A DNA stretch of 64,000 nt from Fibrobacterales bacterium (GTDB lineage: Bacteria; Fibrobacterota; Fibrobacteria; Fibrobacterales; JAOPTW01): NCBI GenBank assembly GCA_051532035.1, contig JAOPTW010000032.1, positions 21,546 to 85,545 of the forward strand, in the 5' to 3' direction. A program made the translations under genes and the position numbers. Positions 37,501-48,928 of this stretch are shown here, piece by piece (position 1 is the stretch's first letter; every line of letters starts with the position of its first letter). The notes beneath the pieces are model-generated. The model worked only from the letters and a program-made list of their open reading frames with translations. It was not told the DNA's origin and searched no databases.

Positions 37501-39993
37501 CTACTCAACAACAGGAATAAACTCAAACCAATCGACATTATAGTTTTTGCGCCAGAATTCAACGACAATGAGATACTCACTAGACTCTGAAACAATGATT
37601 TCACCATCATCACCCACTGTCCAGTTATAATAGCCTTGTGTATTCTCCGTCAACTCACACCGCTGATGCTCTGGAAATCCTAGCTGTTGGCCCTGTTTAC
37701 CAAACCAAAATTGTATCTTTGTTTGAAAGAAGTGCTCCCAACTTGAATACTGTACCCGAATACGGTATTTGCCAGCCCCCAAGTATCGAGTAAAATAGAG
37801 ACGCTGATAGTCATCGTTCATATTCCCAATTGAGCCATGACCTTCTTCATATATCAGACTCCTTGGCTCAGGTTGACTATCAAAATATTCTTCAAATTCA
37901 ACATGTATTGTATCGAGATGTAACTCTGCCGAAATGACCGCATCCTCGTCTGAAACGGTTACCCATGTTGATTTCTTGGAGGCATCACCAATGTGCGCTA
38001 TTCCTGATGTGACAGACCACTTAGAAAATGAGTATGCCTTTTTTGCCTCTATGGTAATGGGGAGTTTCATTGTTTTTACTACAGAAATTGCGCCCGACAC
38101 ATTGACGACACCACCTTCAGGTGATTCTACCGTCACTGTTTTAACCTCATAGGAATCAACCCATTGACTCTCAGTCATATGAGTCAATTCTCCATCATAG
38201 GTACGGCCAATATCAAAAAGTGTCTTCCCGTCAATTGAGTTAAAATTCCAGGCAGCTTTTAATCCAAGCTCAGTTCCTTTAACTTGCCGTGTCAGGTTTT
38301 TTCGCAACTCAGTTACGGATAGCACCTTCTCCCATATATGCATATTATCAAGAAGACCAAAATGAGCATTATTTGCTTCTGCACTATTGCCAATAAAGTT
38401 TTTAGTTCGTGGAGCGTTATTTGTCATTATCGCAATTGATGCACTCGCATCTTCGTATCCATTTTTATATAATCGTGCCGTCCCGTCATTTTCTACAGTA
38501 ATAGCTACATGGGTCCAATGGCCCTCTTCTACAAAACCTTTCTGCGATTTCAATTGAGATTCACCGGCCCCCATAGATGCAATAAACAAAAGAATATCTT
38601 TTGATCGTTTGAGCACGAATTTATTTAATCCACTAGTATCAGAAAACTCAAAGAGGGTACCATCCTGACTAGGACTATTTTTATCCCAAAAAACCAATGC
38701 CTCAAAACTATATCCGTTACTTACATCTAATGCAATCTCTGGTAGTGCGATGTAATTGTCTTCTTTGGTAAAGTGAAGAGCGCGTGGCCCTGTACCTGGC
38801 GGAGCAACAAGAACCTTCTCACTGTAGGCTGTTGTATCATACACTGCAAAGCCATGGGTATCAGTACAGGCAACAATTGCATAGAAATAAAAACCAACAT
38901 CCTCAGTATACAGCGGTTTCTGCTTATTAGAAAAGACCAACGCAAGACCATCGTTCCCTACAGCATTACTATCTTTGTACCATGCATATGATACAATAGG
39001 AAGAATACCCCCATCAACGCTATCTGTGCAAGAGGTCCCTTGCTCAACAGTAAGAAGTTGATTTTCAATCGCCGAACCAGTTAAGCTCGCTTCACCCTCA
39101 TATTCTGGCATATCATTTACTGGCTCAATCGTTACCGAAATATAGATGGTATCACTTAATTCTGCGTCACTTACAGCAATTGCAAAATCAACAATACCAG
39201 AATGATTAGGGGCAGGTTGATACCCTACTAAAACCTGTCCACCCTCTTCATTTAGAGATAATACCCCCAAGGAAGGATCAATTACCACACTCCATGTCCA
39301 TTCAATCTGCTCAACATCAGTTACACTTAATACAAGCTCGAAAGCATTAGGCACTCCATCTTCAGATATCGTTATCGTTACCTCTTCTCCTTGATCAATA
39401 ACTGGTGGAGTATTAAGAGAAGAAAAGCTTAATCCGGGTGATTGATTAGAGGATTGTCCTTCTGTTACACTGGTTCCATCTTCACGTTCTTGAGAGGAAG
39501 CGCTCAAAGGGGAAGCACCAGAAGAACTTATAGTATGCGATGGATCTTTTAACCCAGTATCGCCATACTGTTCAATTAAACTTTCTAATTCTCTTTGTAA
39601 TGAATCAGAAAGAGACTCAAGCTGAGAAACAAGATCTTTTGCTTGAAGTAACGTATCACCAACTGCACCTTGGGCCTGTAGATACGCAAAATTTGAACGG
39701 GCAATTGAGAGAGAGCTCTGCTCTTCATAGGCCTCTGCACGTGTAATATTGATCACTTGTCCCTGAATTCGAGCTATCTCGATATCATAGGTTGCAACCA
39801 CTAAAGAATCTATAGCGCGTGCTTTTTGTTCTTCTAAAATAAGAATAGTATCTTTCAGAGATTCGACTGTTCCATCTAATACTTCTCCAGAAACTTCTGA
39901 AGGCTCATCTACACCCAGTGTATTTTCTGTACGCGAACAGAACATCAAGAGTGTACATACTAAAATAATGTATATCTGAAAAACTGATACCAT
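37501..39993 (-). CDS. Lipoprotein: coiled coil, Ig-like modules, LamG, InlB-B-like and CBM-like modules
   Basis: LLMFC; YQPAPNHSG; WTHVAIT..LYKNG..GLLDNMHIW; VEFEEY..YNVDWFEF. Confidence 0.8.
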   Translation of the reverse strand: MVSVFQIYIILVCTLLMFCSRTENTLGVDEPSEVSGEVLDGTVESLKDTILILEEQKARAIDSLVVATYDIEIARIQGQVINITRAEAYEEQSSLSIARSNFAYLQAQGAVGDTLLQAKDLVSQLESLSDSLQRELESLIEQYGDTGLKDPSHTISSSGASPLSASSQEREDGTSVTEGQSSNQSPGLSFSSLNTPPVIDQGEEVTITISEDGVPNAFELVLSVTDVEQIEWTWSVVIDPSLGVLSLNEEGGQVLVGYQPAPNHSGIVDFAIAVSDAELSDTIYISVTIEPVNDMPEYEGEASLTGSAIENQLLTVEQGTSCTDSVDGGILPIVSYAWYKDSNAVGNDGLALVFSNKQKPLYTEDVGFYFYAIVACTDTHGFAVYDTTAYSEKVLVAPPGTGPRALHFTKEDNYIALPEIALDVSNGYSFEALVFWDKNSPSQDGTLFEFSDTSGLNKFVLKRSKDILLFIASMGAGESQLKSQKGFVEEGHWTHVAITVENDGTARLYKNGYEDASASIAIMTNNAPRTKNFIGNSAEANNAHFGLLDNMHIWEKVLSVTELRKNLTRQVKGTELGLKAAWNFNSIDGKTLFDIGRTYDGELTHMTESQWVDSYEVKTVTVESPEGGVVNVSGAISVVKTMKLPITIEAKKAYSFSKWSVTSGIAHIGDASKKSTWVTVSDEDAVISAELHLDTIHVEFEEYFDSQPEPRSLIYEEGHGSIGNMNDDYQRLYFTRYLGAGKYRIRVQYSSWEHFFQTKIQFWFGKQGQQLGFPEHQRCELTENTQGYYNWTVGDDGEIIVSESSEYLIVVEFWRKNYNVDWFEFIPVVE

Positions 39994-40210
39994 GAATTAT
40001 ACCTCTTTGCCCTCGAATCTCATTGAAATTTTGCCCTATTGAGCTAATAATATATCTAAAAATGGCCCCTAAAACAAATAGATTAATTTTTCATTTATAA
40101 ATCTGTTCACGGCACCAATAAGTAGCTTAGAATTTATAGTTATTTGTGTTGATGTTGTAAATGGCTGTTGACCTTATTCTAGATAATCATCAAATCAGTT
40201 TCTGAAATGG

Positions 40211-43200
40211 TTACAACTCTTGAACACACCGAATTGAAAGAGCCGATTCTTTACGTTGAACCTTATTTTCTACTAATTTAATTCCTGTGCCCAATCCCCA
40301 CGACCTACCCGTTTCTGTAGTACCTTGTTCAACATCTGAGCTCCACCAATCAGAACGCTCCCTGATCAATTGAAAAACTGCTTGTGGAGGTGTACCAGAA
40401 GCTGATAATACCCCTGCAGCTCGAGCTCCAAAGAGGAGTCCATCAAACCCTTTATCGTCTCCCCAATAAGTATTCAGAGGGGCCCTGAGTACTTCACTCT
40501 CACTTTCAGTAGGGTACAGGGATTTTACCGCCTCAATTAACTGTGTCCACTCAGCATCAGATGGTAACCTCCACCCTATTGGGCACACGCTCTGGGTTGA
40601 CGCAAACCAATTATATAACACTCCATAGTCCCCATAATTTGACTCTTGTATAGCATCGGCTACTACTGTGCCAGTATGCCCATAGACATAATATCTCGAT
40701 TCAGTTCCAGAAACATTGTCCTCTCCATATACCTCAGGAAGAAACATTAAGTTTTCAGCCATCCAAGCTATATCATCAATAATAATATAATGATAGGTTT
40801 TCGTTTCTCCATTTCGAGTGTCTTCTAGGGCGTAGCGCTCTGTTTGAACGCCAAGTTCAGAGTTTTCAGAAATAGTGAGTTCTGTATCCGCCACTTCATT
40901 CCCCAGGGACCCACCTTTAAATTTCATATTTACATTTGAAGCTTTCCACTGAATAAAATTGTAGCTCATTCCTGGAAATGCTTTAATACTTAATTGCATC
41001 GTCTCTGCAAGTTCATAATTTGTCTGAGTATCTATTGTGTCACCATTAATAGTTATTGCTATTATTGAATCGGGAACAACGGTAGCAGTGTACGTTTCTA
41101 TTGAAGGAGATCTTGGCTCAGTGATTGTATGCATATATCCATACTGGTCTCCTTGGGTACTTTGAATATATACAGTGCTTGAGTTATCAAAGCTCCATCC
41201 CACATAGAGATCCGTATGAGAGCTATTCTCCTTAAACATATTATTCTTTATCTGGACTTGTGTACGTACCTTCTGCCATATTTTAACATTTTCAAGGGTA
41301 CCCTCAAAAAGCTCCGTAGCCCCTAGCGAAGCCCCAAGTATCGATGTATTGTATATTTTTGCTGTTAATGCTGGAATGGTACCCTTCTGTATCAAAGCAC
41401 CGTTTTTATAAAAATGAATATTGTTCCCAGCCCCCGACCCTATAGTTACCGCGACATGAGTCCAATGATCCTTAGTAAAGAACTCTTGTATTGTTAAAGT
41501 ATTTGCTCCAACTCCCACAGTTAGGGATTCTTGTGACACCCCAATAGATATATCGGAGGAGCTCCCATCCTCCGATAGTGTCACTATTTTTGAATCTTGC
41601 ATAGAATCCAATTTGACCAAAAACTCAAAAGTAATACCATTATTAACATTGGGAGATACCGGATCTAATTCGATGTAGTCATCAATACCATCAAAATGTA
41701 GGGTCTTCTCTGACGTTGATGCTGACGTTGCAGGGAGAAACCGTTTCGTATATGCAGAAGTATCTTTTACAACAATACTATCCTCATCTACACAACGAGT
41801 AATTACATAGAAATAGTGAAGGTAGAGAGAATCTACCATTGTTAATATGGAGTCAGATGCTACCGGTGAACCATTAAACATGAGAGAGTCTCTATCTGCA
41901 AACCATTCATAGGCAACGCCAAGTGAATCAATAGCATCACTACTATCAGAACACGCCACCGTTGCGGACAGGGTCTCACCCACAGCAACATCACCAGTGA
42001 GATTTGAATCCAAATCGATTTTAGGAATATCATTTACACTTTTAATGGTCAGCACCAATACGACAGTATCTCTATAAGTCCCCGCTATTGCAACAACTTT
42101 TGCTGAGTCAGTTCCATTAAAATTTTGTGTCGGTGTATAGTTAAATACCGTACTATTAATAGAGTCTACAAATGCTACTATACCATGAATAACACTATCC
42201 AGTAACACCCACTGAATTGAATCACCATCAAGATCCGTTGCGGTTAATCGGCCACTAAAACTCTCGTCTTCATTCAGTTCACCCACAAACAAAGCTCCAG
42301 TATCAATAACAGGAGCCGTATTTACCCTAGAAATTGAATCAGTATACAGTGTTGTATCTGCTACTATGGCGCCATTAAAATCTTTACACAATACAACACC
42401 ATAGAGGTAATACCCAACATAATCAGGTGTTAGAGTAATTGTTCGTCCAACTGAAACTAACTTTCCATCATACCCAACACTATTTGTATCACTATACCAA
42501 TTATTATAAATTGTGGGTGTTGGCAGCCCTTTATCTAACGAGTCACTACAAGTAGCCTTAGTAATCATTTTTAATTGATGACCATCAATAAATGTACCTG
42601 AGATTGACACTTCACCATCAAAAGAAGGAATATCATTAATAGGGTTAACCTGTACTACTACTAGTGCGGTATCTTTTGTTAAACCATTATTCACTTCAAT
42701 ACGAAAAGTAGCCAAACCAAAAAAGTTCTGATCAGCTTTAAATGCTATTTTAGCTGAATCCCCAAAGTTCATTATCGACACTGACATATTTCCCAGAATA
42801 TCGAACACCTTCCAGCCTAAAGAATCACCTGAATCCTTTGACACTCCTACCATAAAATGAACCAGCGTATCTTCTGCTGCTTCAAAATAGAGTGTATCAT
42901 CAACTAACAGAGAATTTAAAGATTCATCCTGTGAGGATTCTATAGATAAGATCTGTGAAAGAGATGAGCTTGATAGCTGCCCACCTGGGATTGGAGTGAC
43001 GACAAAACCTAATGCACTTTTTAACTCCACTATAAAGCGTTCATCATCAACACGCTTTTGAATAATGCTATCGAGTAGCTCTTCTGACACCGTAATGTTT
43101 TCAGAGATACCTTCTTCCTTTGCTGCAGCCAAGGCATACTCAACGTCTTTGAAATGTTGATCTTGCTGTTCAAAGTATGATGTGACCATCGATTCAAGCT

Positions 43201-43462
43201 TGCTTTTTTTAGTATCAACTACCCTAGAAAGGCTGTCTAGAATAACTGTATTGGCGATAGTCTGTTCTTGTTCAATAATTGTGGTAATTTCTTGGGCAAA
43301 ACGCCCTATTGAGTCTAGTGTTATGACCGTTGAGTTCACATCTTCTGAACTACTTGGTGTTACCATACTTATTTCTGGGACATTTAATTTTTCAGAACAG
43401 CCACACACAAGAAGAAACAAGACAAGGGAGGTACGAGAAATGCACTTTATCGAAATTATCAT
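40211..43462 (-). CDS. Lipoprotein: duplicated Ig-like modules, LamG and a C-terminal FISUMP (Fib_succ_major) domain
   Basis: VCGC; LHFDGIDDY; WMAENL..YGVLYNW..VCPIGWRLPSDAEW..SIRCVQ. Confidence 0.85.
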   Translation of the reverse strand: MIISIKCISRTSLVLFLLVCGCSEKLNVPEISMVTPSSSEDVNSTVITLDSIGRFAQEITTIIEQEQTIANTVILDSLSRVVDTKKSKLESMVTSYFEQQDQHFKDVEYALAAAKEEGISENITVSEELLDSIIQKRVDDERFIVELKSALGFVVTPIPGGQLSSSSLSQILSIESSQDESLNSLLVDDTLYFEAAEDTLVHFMVGVSKDSGDSLGWKVFDILGNMSVSIMNFGDSAKIAFKADQNFFGLATFRIEVNNGLTKDTALVVVQVNPINDIPSFDGEVSISGTFIDGHQLKMITKATCSDSLDKGLPTPTIYNNWYSDTNSVGYDGKLVSVGRTITLTPDYVGYYLYGVVLCKDFNGAIVADTTLYTDSISRVNTAPVIDTGALFVGELNEDESFSGRLTATDLDGDSIQWVLLDSVIHGIVAFVDSINSTVFNYTPTQNFNGTDSAKVVAIAGTYRDTVVLVLTIKSVNDIPKIDLDSNLTGDVAVGETLSATVACSDSSDAIDSLGVAYEWFADRDSLMFNGSPVASDSILTMVDSLYLHYFYVITRCVDEDSIVVKDTSAYTKRFLPATSASTSEKTLHFDGIDDYIELDPVSPNVNNGITFEFLVKLDSMQDSKIVTLSEDGSSSDISIGVSQESLTVGVGANTLTIQEFFTKDHWTHVAVTIGSGAGNNIHFYKNGALIQKGTIPALTAKIYNTSILGASLGATELFEGTLENVKIWQKVRTQVQIKNNMFKENSSHTDLYVGWSFDNSSTVYIQSTQGDQYGYMHTITEPRSPSIETYTATVVPDSIIAITINGDTIDTQTNYELAETMQLSIKAFPGMSYNFIQWKASNVNMKFKGGSLGNEVADTELTISENSELGVQTERYALEDTRNGETKTYHYIIIDDIAWMAENLMFLPEVYGEDNVSGTESRYYVYGHTGTVVADAIQESNYGDYGVLYNWFASTQSVCPIGWRLPSDAEWTQLIEAVKSLYPTESESEVLRAPLNTYWGDDKGFDGLLFGARAAGVLSASGTPPQAVFQLIRERSDWWSSDVEQGTTETGRSWGLGTGIKLVENKVQRKESALSIRCVQEL

Positions 43463-43603
43463 TCAACACTCTTTTTTAGTCCCCCCCCAACTGACAACTT
43501 GAAACAAATATAACAGAAAATATCTAACATTTTCAAATCCATATGCTCTTCAAAAGGCAAAAAGTGTTTTTATTATTTTTCTACGATCATATTACACAAA
43601 TCA

Positions 43604-43641
43604 AAAAAGGTTCACCCATTGTGCAATGAGTGAACCTTTTT
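43604..43641 (-). terminator. Intrinsic terminator
   Basis: AAAAAGGTTCAC...GTGAACCTTTTT. Confidence 0.8.
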
Positions 43642-43659
43642 AAAAATTTAAAATTGTAG

Positions 43660-46600
43660 CTAGTTATCTAAGGGTTGCATTTGCACCCAATCGATTAAGA
43701 ATTCACTTTGATTAAATGATAACGCAATAGTAGAACTGTTATCGCCATCAAAATAGAACGATTCAGTTGATGAAATATAGGTCCAGCCATTTCCTGCATC
43801 AATACTAGAGCCAGATATACTGATCTTCTTTTCACTCTTATACCATAACTCAGAATTAAACTCTTCACCAGGAGTGATGGGTTTTAACCTATATGCAATC
43901 TTATAATTTCCAGCAGGTATATTTTTATCAAATTCTTGTCCTTTCCATCTCAGACTCAAATCAGAATCCGCAATACGCCTCACAACTCCGAGCCCATCGA
44001 TAACATCTGCTACAATATTTTTGCCTAAAGTAAATTCCTCTGCCTCAAATTGTACCAGAGTATTACTTAATGGAGAAATCTTATCTTCAAGATCTCTTGC
44101 ACTCACTGTATAACTAGCCAAACCAATAGTATCTACAAAAATTTCTTCTGTATCCGTGTAACCATATTTTTCACCATTTTTATAGACATTATACCCAAGG
44201 ATCCCGGAATTATCAGTTGATTTTTCCCACTTTAAGACAAAGGTACCATCGCTATGCCTTACACTGTAAATATTTGTCGGTGCCTCTGGAGCAAGAATAT
44301 CACTACACTTTAATTGAACCGATGCATTCTCTGTACCTGTAAAATAAGTTGTAGCTTGATTTTTTTCTTCTACTGTTCCAGTGCTCGCATCAAACTCCCA
44401 CGTAGTAAATTCAAAACCATGAGATGGAGAGTAGGTTAATGGATATGCCATATTTTCTGCTAAAGTGACAATCATTGTATCAAGTACTGAAACATAGTTA
44501 GAATAGAGCTTCAGATCAATTTTCTTCATTGTAAGGAGCCAATTACTATTATCCATTAATTTAAGAACCCCATTTTTACGGATATCTTTAACGTCCCAAA
44601 GTACTGCCCCTCCAACATTATTAAAATCCCAACCAGCGTAGAGGTCCTGAGTCTCGGGAGTAATGTCAGAAAACATTGATGTTCTTAGCTCACTTATAGT
44701 ACGAATATTTTCCCAAATGCGTATTTCATCTATCTTACCTTTAAACACTGCACTATTATCTTCAAAACCTCTTCCAATATAATTCTGAGTCCATTGAACC
44801 CCTTTCGGAAATCCTAAATGAGATTCCGAGACCAAAAACCCATTTTTATAGATTCTTACCGGTTGGCCATCTTCAATTGTTACTGCTATATGTGTCCATT
44901 GGTTATCCGTGATGAGCCCTTTAACTGCTCCAATAGTATAAACTTCATCATTAACAATAGTCACCGCTAAAGTGTCTTGATTATGACGACCAATTGACAC
45001 CCTATTCTTACCAGATTCATCACTGAGCATCAAAATGTTATCTTTATCAGAACCAGACTCCCAATTGACCATTGCTTCAATCGTTATGCCATTATAGAGG
45101 TTTGGAGTTATTGTACCAAGTTCAATCCACTGATTTTGCCCATTAAAAGACAATATTTTCTCGGCCCGTTCTGTTTCTGCTTCAAATATTCTGTAGCTAT
45201 AGTCAGTTGTATCTTTCGTAATTAAACCCTCTGCATCCTGACACTCAATAATTGCATAGATAAACTTATTAACCTCATCAATATGAACCACTAGTTCTCC
45301 AATTGGAACGACGCCATCATCTTCAGTGTTTTCTATTTTTGAACCATTATATCCGTAGTCATTATCATCCCGATACCAAGTGTAGGACAATAAGGTTTTT
45401 TCACTCCCCTCATCAACGTCGAAGCAAGATGCTTCGATACTTAAACTCTTATCTTGCACCCATGGTCCACTGATATCCTTTTTAGCTAAAATCACTTGAG
45501 GTGCATCATTTACAGAATACGTTTCAACAATGACTGTCACAGTGTCTGAACGTCTCCCCCCTTGGGCTACAATTTTAAATTCATCTTCACCATAATGTTC
45601 TGCTTCAGGTGTGTATTCAAATTGTGCAATATTTCCTTCACCCTTCTTTATAGCGATTTCCCCGTGATTCGACTTATCGTTAACCAATCTCCAGGAAATT
45701 GAATCGTTATCATCTTCTGCTGCTATTTCAAAAGAGTGTAACGCATCTTCATAGCCTTCAATATATTTGCGATCACCATCAACAAAAGTTGGTGCATAGT
45801 CATTAAGGAGTACCTTTTCTGTGTACCCTGATGTATCTCTTTCGGCCAAAATAAAATTTTCACCATCAATACAAATAGCAACAACATAATAATAATATGC
45901 AGTATCACTCTCTTGTAACACGAACCGATCATCAAAATTCTCAGTTCGCTCTTCATTACCATTCCCTCTAATATTATCTACATCACGATACCATGCATAT
46001 TTGAGTTCTGGAGGTAACCCTGTATCATATGGGTCAATACATTCACCTGATTCTAAACTCGCAACAAGAGTGTCACCTTCAGTATGCACATTATTTGTGT
46101 TTGCAATGCCTTTTAGAATAGGGTCATCATTTTGAGGATTCACATCAAATATCAAAAGTAATGTATCAGAAAGGCTACCATCACTTACTTGAATGATTGC
46201 ACTATCAAGACCATTAAAGTTTTCAAATGGATGGAATTCCAAGGTATAAGCCCAGCGTTTACCGTTTTCTTTTAAACTTTGACTCGTTGCATCATTAGAA
46301 AAATACAAGCTTGCATTGGAAAATTCTTTCAGCACCGTCAAATCAAGTTGATCGTTATCCAACTCTTGCACTATTATAGTAGGCCAGGATACTTCATCCT
46401 CATCTGCATATATTACTTTTTTAGAACCCGCTTCAAAAATTGGATAATAGTTCCCCTTATAACGAGGTATAGAAGCAGGGTCTATTTCATTCTCAGGAAA
46501 GTCCCTGGTCTCATCTTTTTTGGGGGTATACTTAATAGCGTCGCTGATACTCTTATATGTTGAGATTGTCTGTTCTCTCTCTTCTACCATGATACGAGAG

Positions 46601-46995
46601 ACACCATTTATAGTAACCCCTTTTAAAAAATCTGAATCAAGTAGTATTATCTCTCTATGTACCCTCAGAGAATCAAGCGCACTATTTATTTTCGTTAACA
46701 ATGCACTTTTTTCAGGTGACATTGTTGAATCAGAATCAAAGCTTTCCTGATACTCACGCTCATATTCATCGAGTTGATCAAAGAGTTCAACAATTCTTGT
46801 GGTACTCTGCTCAAGGTCTTGCGCTAACAATTCTTCAGAAGAAATATTCTCATCAGATACTGAAATGCTTTCATTACTTGAATCAAATTTAGAGCCTCCT
46901 ACTGGGTTGTCTTCAAATTTTTCCGCACAGTTAAACAAGCTTAACGAAATAAGCATTGTACACACATGTACGACCGACCTTCCCATTATTGTCAT
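43660..46995 (-). CDS. Lipoprotein: duplicated Ig-like modules, LamG, Fn3 and CBM-like modules
   Basis: LFNC; FKGKIDEIRIW; APEAPTN..WEKSTDNSGILGYNVYKNG; FEAEEF..IDWV. Confidence 0.82.
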   Translation of the reverse strand: MTIMGRSVVHVCTMLISLSLFNCAEKFEDNPVGGSKFDSSNESISVSDENISSEELLAQDLEQSTTRIVELFDQLDEYEREYQESFDSDSTMSPEKSALLTKINSALDSLRVHREIILLDSDFLKGVTINGVSRIMVEEREQTISTYKSISDAIKYTPKKDETRDFPENEIDPASIPRYKGNYYPIFEAGSKKVIYADEDEVSWPTIIVQELDNDQLDLTVLKEFSNASLYFSNDATSQSLKENGKRWAYTLEFHPFENFNGLDSAIIQVSDGSLSDTLLLIFDVNPQNDDPILKGIANTNNVHTEGDTLVASLESGECIDPYDTGLPPELKYAWYRDVDNIRGNGNEERTENFDDRFVLQESDTAYYYYVVAICIDGENFILAERDTSGYTEKVLLNDYAPTFVDGDRKYIEGYEDALHSFEIAAEDDNDSISWRLVNDKSNHGEIAIKKGEGNIAQFEYTPEAEHYGEDEFKIVAQGGRRSDTVTVIVETYSVNDAPQVILAKKDISGPWVQDKSLSIEASCFDVDEGSEKTLLSYTWYRDDNDYGYNGSKIENTEDDGVVPIGELVVHIDEVNKFIYAIIECQDAEGLITKDTTDYSYRIFEAETERAEKILSFNGQNQWIELGTITPNLYNGITIEAMVNWESGSDKDNILMLSDESGKNRVSIGRHNQDTLAVTIVNDEVYTIGAVKGLITDNQWTHIAVTIEDGQPVRIYKNGFLVSESHLGFPKGVQWTQNYIGRGFEDNSAVFKGKIDEIRIWENIRTISELRTSMFSDITPETQDLYAGWDFNNVGGAVLWDVKDIRKNGVLKLMDNSNWLLTMKKIDLKLYSNYVSVLDTMIVTLAENMAYPLTYSPSHGFEFTTWEFDASTGTVEEKNQATTYFTGTENASVQLKCSDILAPEAPTNIYSVRHSDGTFVLKWEKSTDNSGILGYNVYKNGEKYGYTDTEEIFVDTIGLASYTVSARDLEDKISPLSNTLVQFEAEEFTLGKNIVADVIDGLGVVRRIADSDLSLRWKGQEFDKNIPAGNYKIAYRLKPITPGEEFNSELWYKSEKKISISGSSIDAGNGWTYISSTESFYFDGDNSSTIALSFNQSEFLIDWVQMQPLDN

Positions 46996-47272
46996 TTTTA
47001 GCGACCTTTATTGACTACAAAACTACTCGGGGATTAACCCCAGTTATACTAATATATGTTATCTACAGGAAGTGGCAATGGTCTTTTTTTATCAAAGCGA
47101 AATAAAATGAATATTTTCTCTAAGCCCTCTATTTTTAAGGAATTAGAAGAGTGTAAATTGATACTTTACAAGCTATAATAGCTCAAAATTTGATGAAAAA
47201 CAGCCTAAATTGATGAAAATAATATGAGCAGGCAAAAACTGAATGTAAATCGGTATTTTACAAAAATCAGCC

Positions 47273-48928
47273 CTATCGAAAGGATTCTACACTATCAATG
47301 CCGGTAACCATGTTGACATAGGTGCCATGAACAGAACCTGATACGTCGGTCAACTTACCATCACCATAATCAAAAAAGTCGTAATACAGCACTAGATTCT
47401 CTTCATCACCCTCCAACGGGTGATCTTTATAGTAAATGATTTCGTCTGGGGTCCGCACATCGTTCCATATTCGAACTTCATCCATAGCCCCCAAAAACAG
47501 GCGGTCATTTTCAGAATTTGATTTCCCAAGAAAGTTCACTGCGCGGTCAGTATTCACTGGTGCCTGAGTGTTACACGTTTTTACTTCCACACCATTTTTA
47601 TAAATCCGAGCAAAGCCACTCGCATCTACAGATGCAGCCACATGTATCCATTCACCTGGTGCAATAAAATTGTGCGCATAACAATGTTTAGCTGAATCAA
47701 GCCAGGTCCCATTAAAAATATCAAATCTAAGTTCACCGGTAGTGGGTCCCGCAGCCAAATAGATATTATTGTCAGCCAGCCCTTCTGCATTCGTAATTTC
47801 AATAAGCCGGGCCCATGGATCAATAGCATACCAATTCACCCAAAGCTCAAAAGTGAGTCCATTAGTGAAAACAGGTTGTATTGTATCTATTACCACATAC
47901 TGATTTGAACCATTAAACTTCATTGCATTGCCCGGGAAAGGCGGCCTAAAGGCGGCTATTTTATTTATAGTCCTTGTTGTATCATGGATCGATTCACCCT
48001 CAACATCTTCACAGCTTGTCACAACATACATATAGTGACCCTTATCTTCAGCTACCAGTGTGTACTCCGTTGCAAGGGCGACAAGAACCTCTTCACTCAA
48101 ACCGACCTCACCAACACTCCTATACCAACCGTACGTAGGGACAACTACCCCTGCACCATCAAGAGTGTCAACACATTCAGCTGGCGAAATAGAGAGCATC
48201 TTCCTCACACTATCAATCCCCGAAATGGTTGATTTTTTCGTAAACTGTGGCGGGGTATTTTTTGAACTTACCGTAACACTAATTACAATAGTATCACTTT
48301 CTTGGCCATCCTCTGCGACAATTAAAAACGACTCAACACCATTGTAATAAGCAGGCACTCGATAGCTAACCGCAACTTCATCACCAGTGGTACCAACACT
48401 TACATCACCAACTGGTGGTCGCTCCACAACACCCCATTTGATACTCTCACCTAAACTATTTATTGCTTTCAGCTTAAAAAAGAGGTCAGATCCCTCGGTT
48501 CCCTCATCCATAATAACATTTAAATCATTACCCTGAGATATGCTGAAAGGCTCAACGATTGGTGTAATTACAACCTCACTACTCGACAATGAGTTCGACA
48601 CCCCTCCTCCTGACGATTCAACAGTACTTATTAACGAGGATGATAAAACTTGACCTGAACTCACGGGCTCTTGAATGACAGTTACTACATCTGAAGAAAA
48701 AACTTGATCCTCAGAGCTTTGAGAATCATCACCCCCTGCAACACCGGGATTATAGGTATCACTATCTTGATCAAAAGCATTGGTACGCTCTATTTTACTA
48801 CAGCCCACATGCACAAAGAGCACCATAAAGAGCGTCAACAAAAGAGTAAAACGGGTGAAAAACCCAAAAGAGTATTCCTCTTTTTGACTCCAATGAAAGT
48901 GTTGTACATGAAGCATTTTATGCAGCAT
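47273..48928 (-). CDS. Lipoprotein: Ig-like modules and a C-terminal LamG domain
   Basis: HVGC; AMKFNGSNQY..WIHVAAS..GAMDEVRIWN. Confidence 0.82.
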   Translation of the reverse strand: MLHKMLHVQHFHWSQKEEYSFGFFTRFTLLLTLFMVLFVHVGCSKIERTNAFDQDSDTYNPGVAGGDDSQSSEDQVFSSDVVTVIQEPVSSGQVLSSSLISTVESSGGGVSNSLSSSEVVITPIVEPFSISQGNDLNVIMDEGTEGSDLFFKLKAINSLGESIKWGVVERPPVGDVSVGTTGDEVAVSYRVPAYYNGVESFLIVAEDGQESDTIVISVTVSSKNTPPQFTKKSTISGIDSVRKMLSISPAECVDTLDGAGVVVPTYGWYRSVGEVGLSEEVLVALATEYTLVAEDKGHYMYVVTSCEDVEGESIHDTTRTINKIAAFRPPFPGNAMKFNGSNQYVVIDTIQPVFTNGLTFELWVNWYAIDPWARLIEITNAEGLADNNIYLAAGPTTGELRFDIFNGTWLDSAKHCYAHNFIAPGEWIHVAASVDASGFARIYKNGVEVKTCNTQAPVNTDRAVNFLGKSNSENDRLFLGAMDEVRIWNDVRTPDEIIYYKDHPLEGDEENLVLYYDFFDYGDGKLTDVSGSVHGTYVNMVTGIDSVESFR

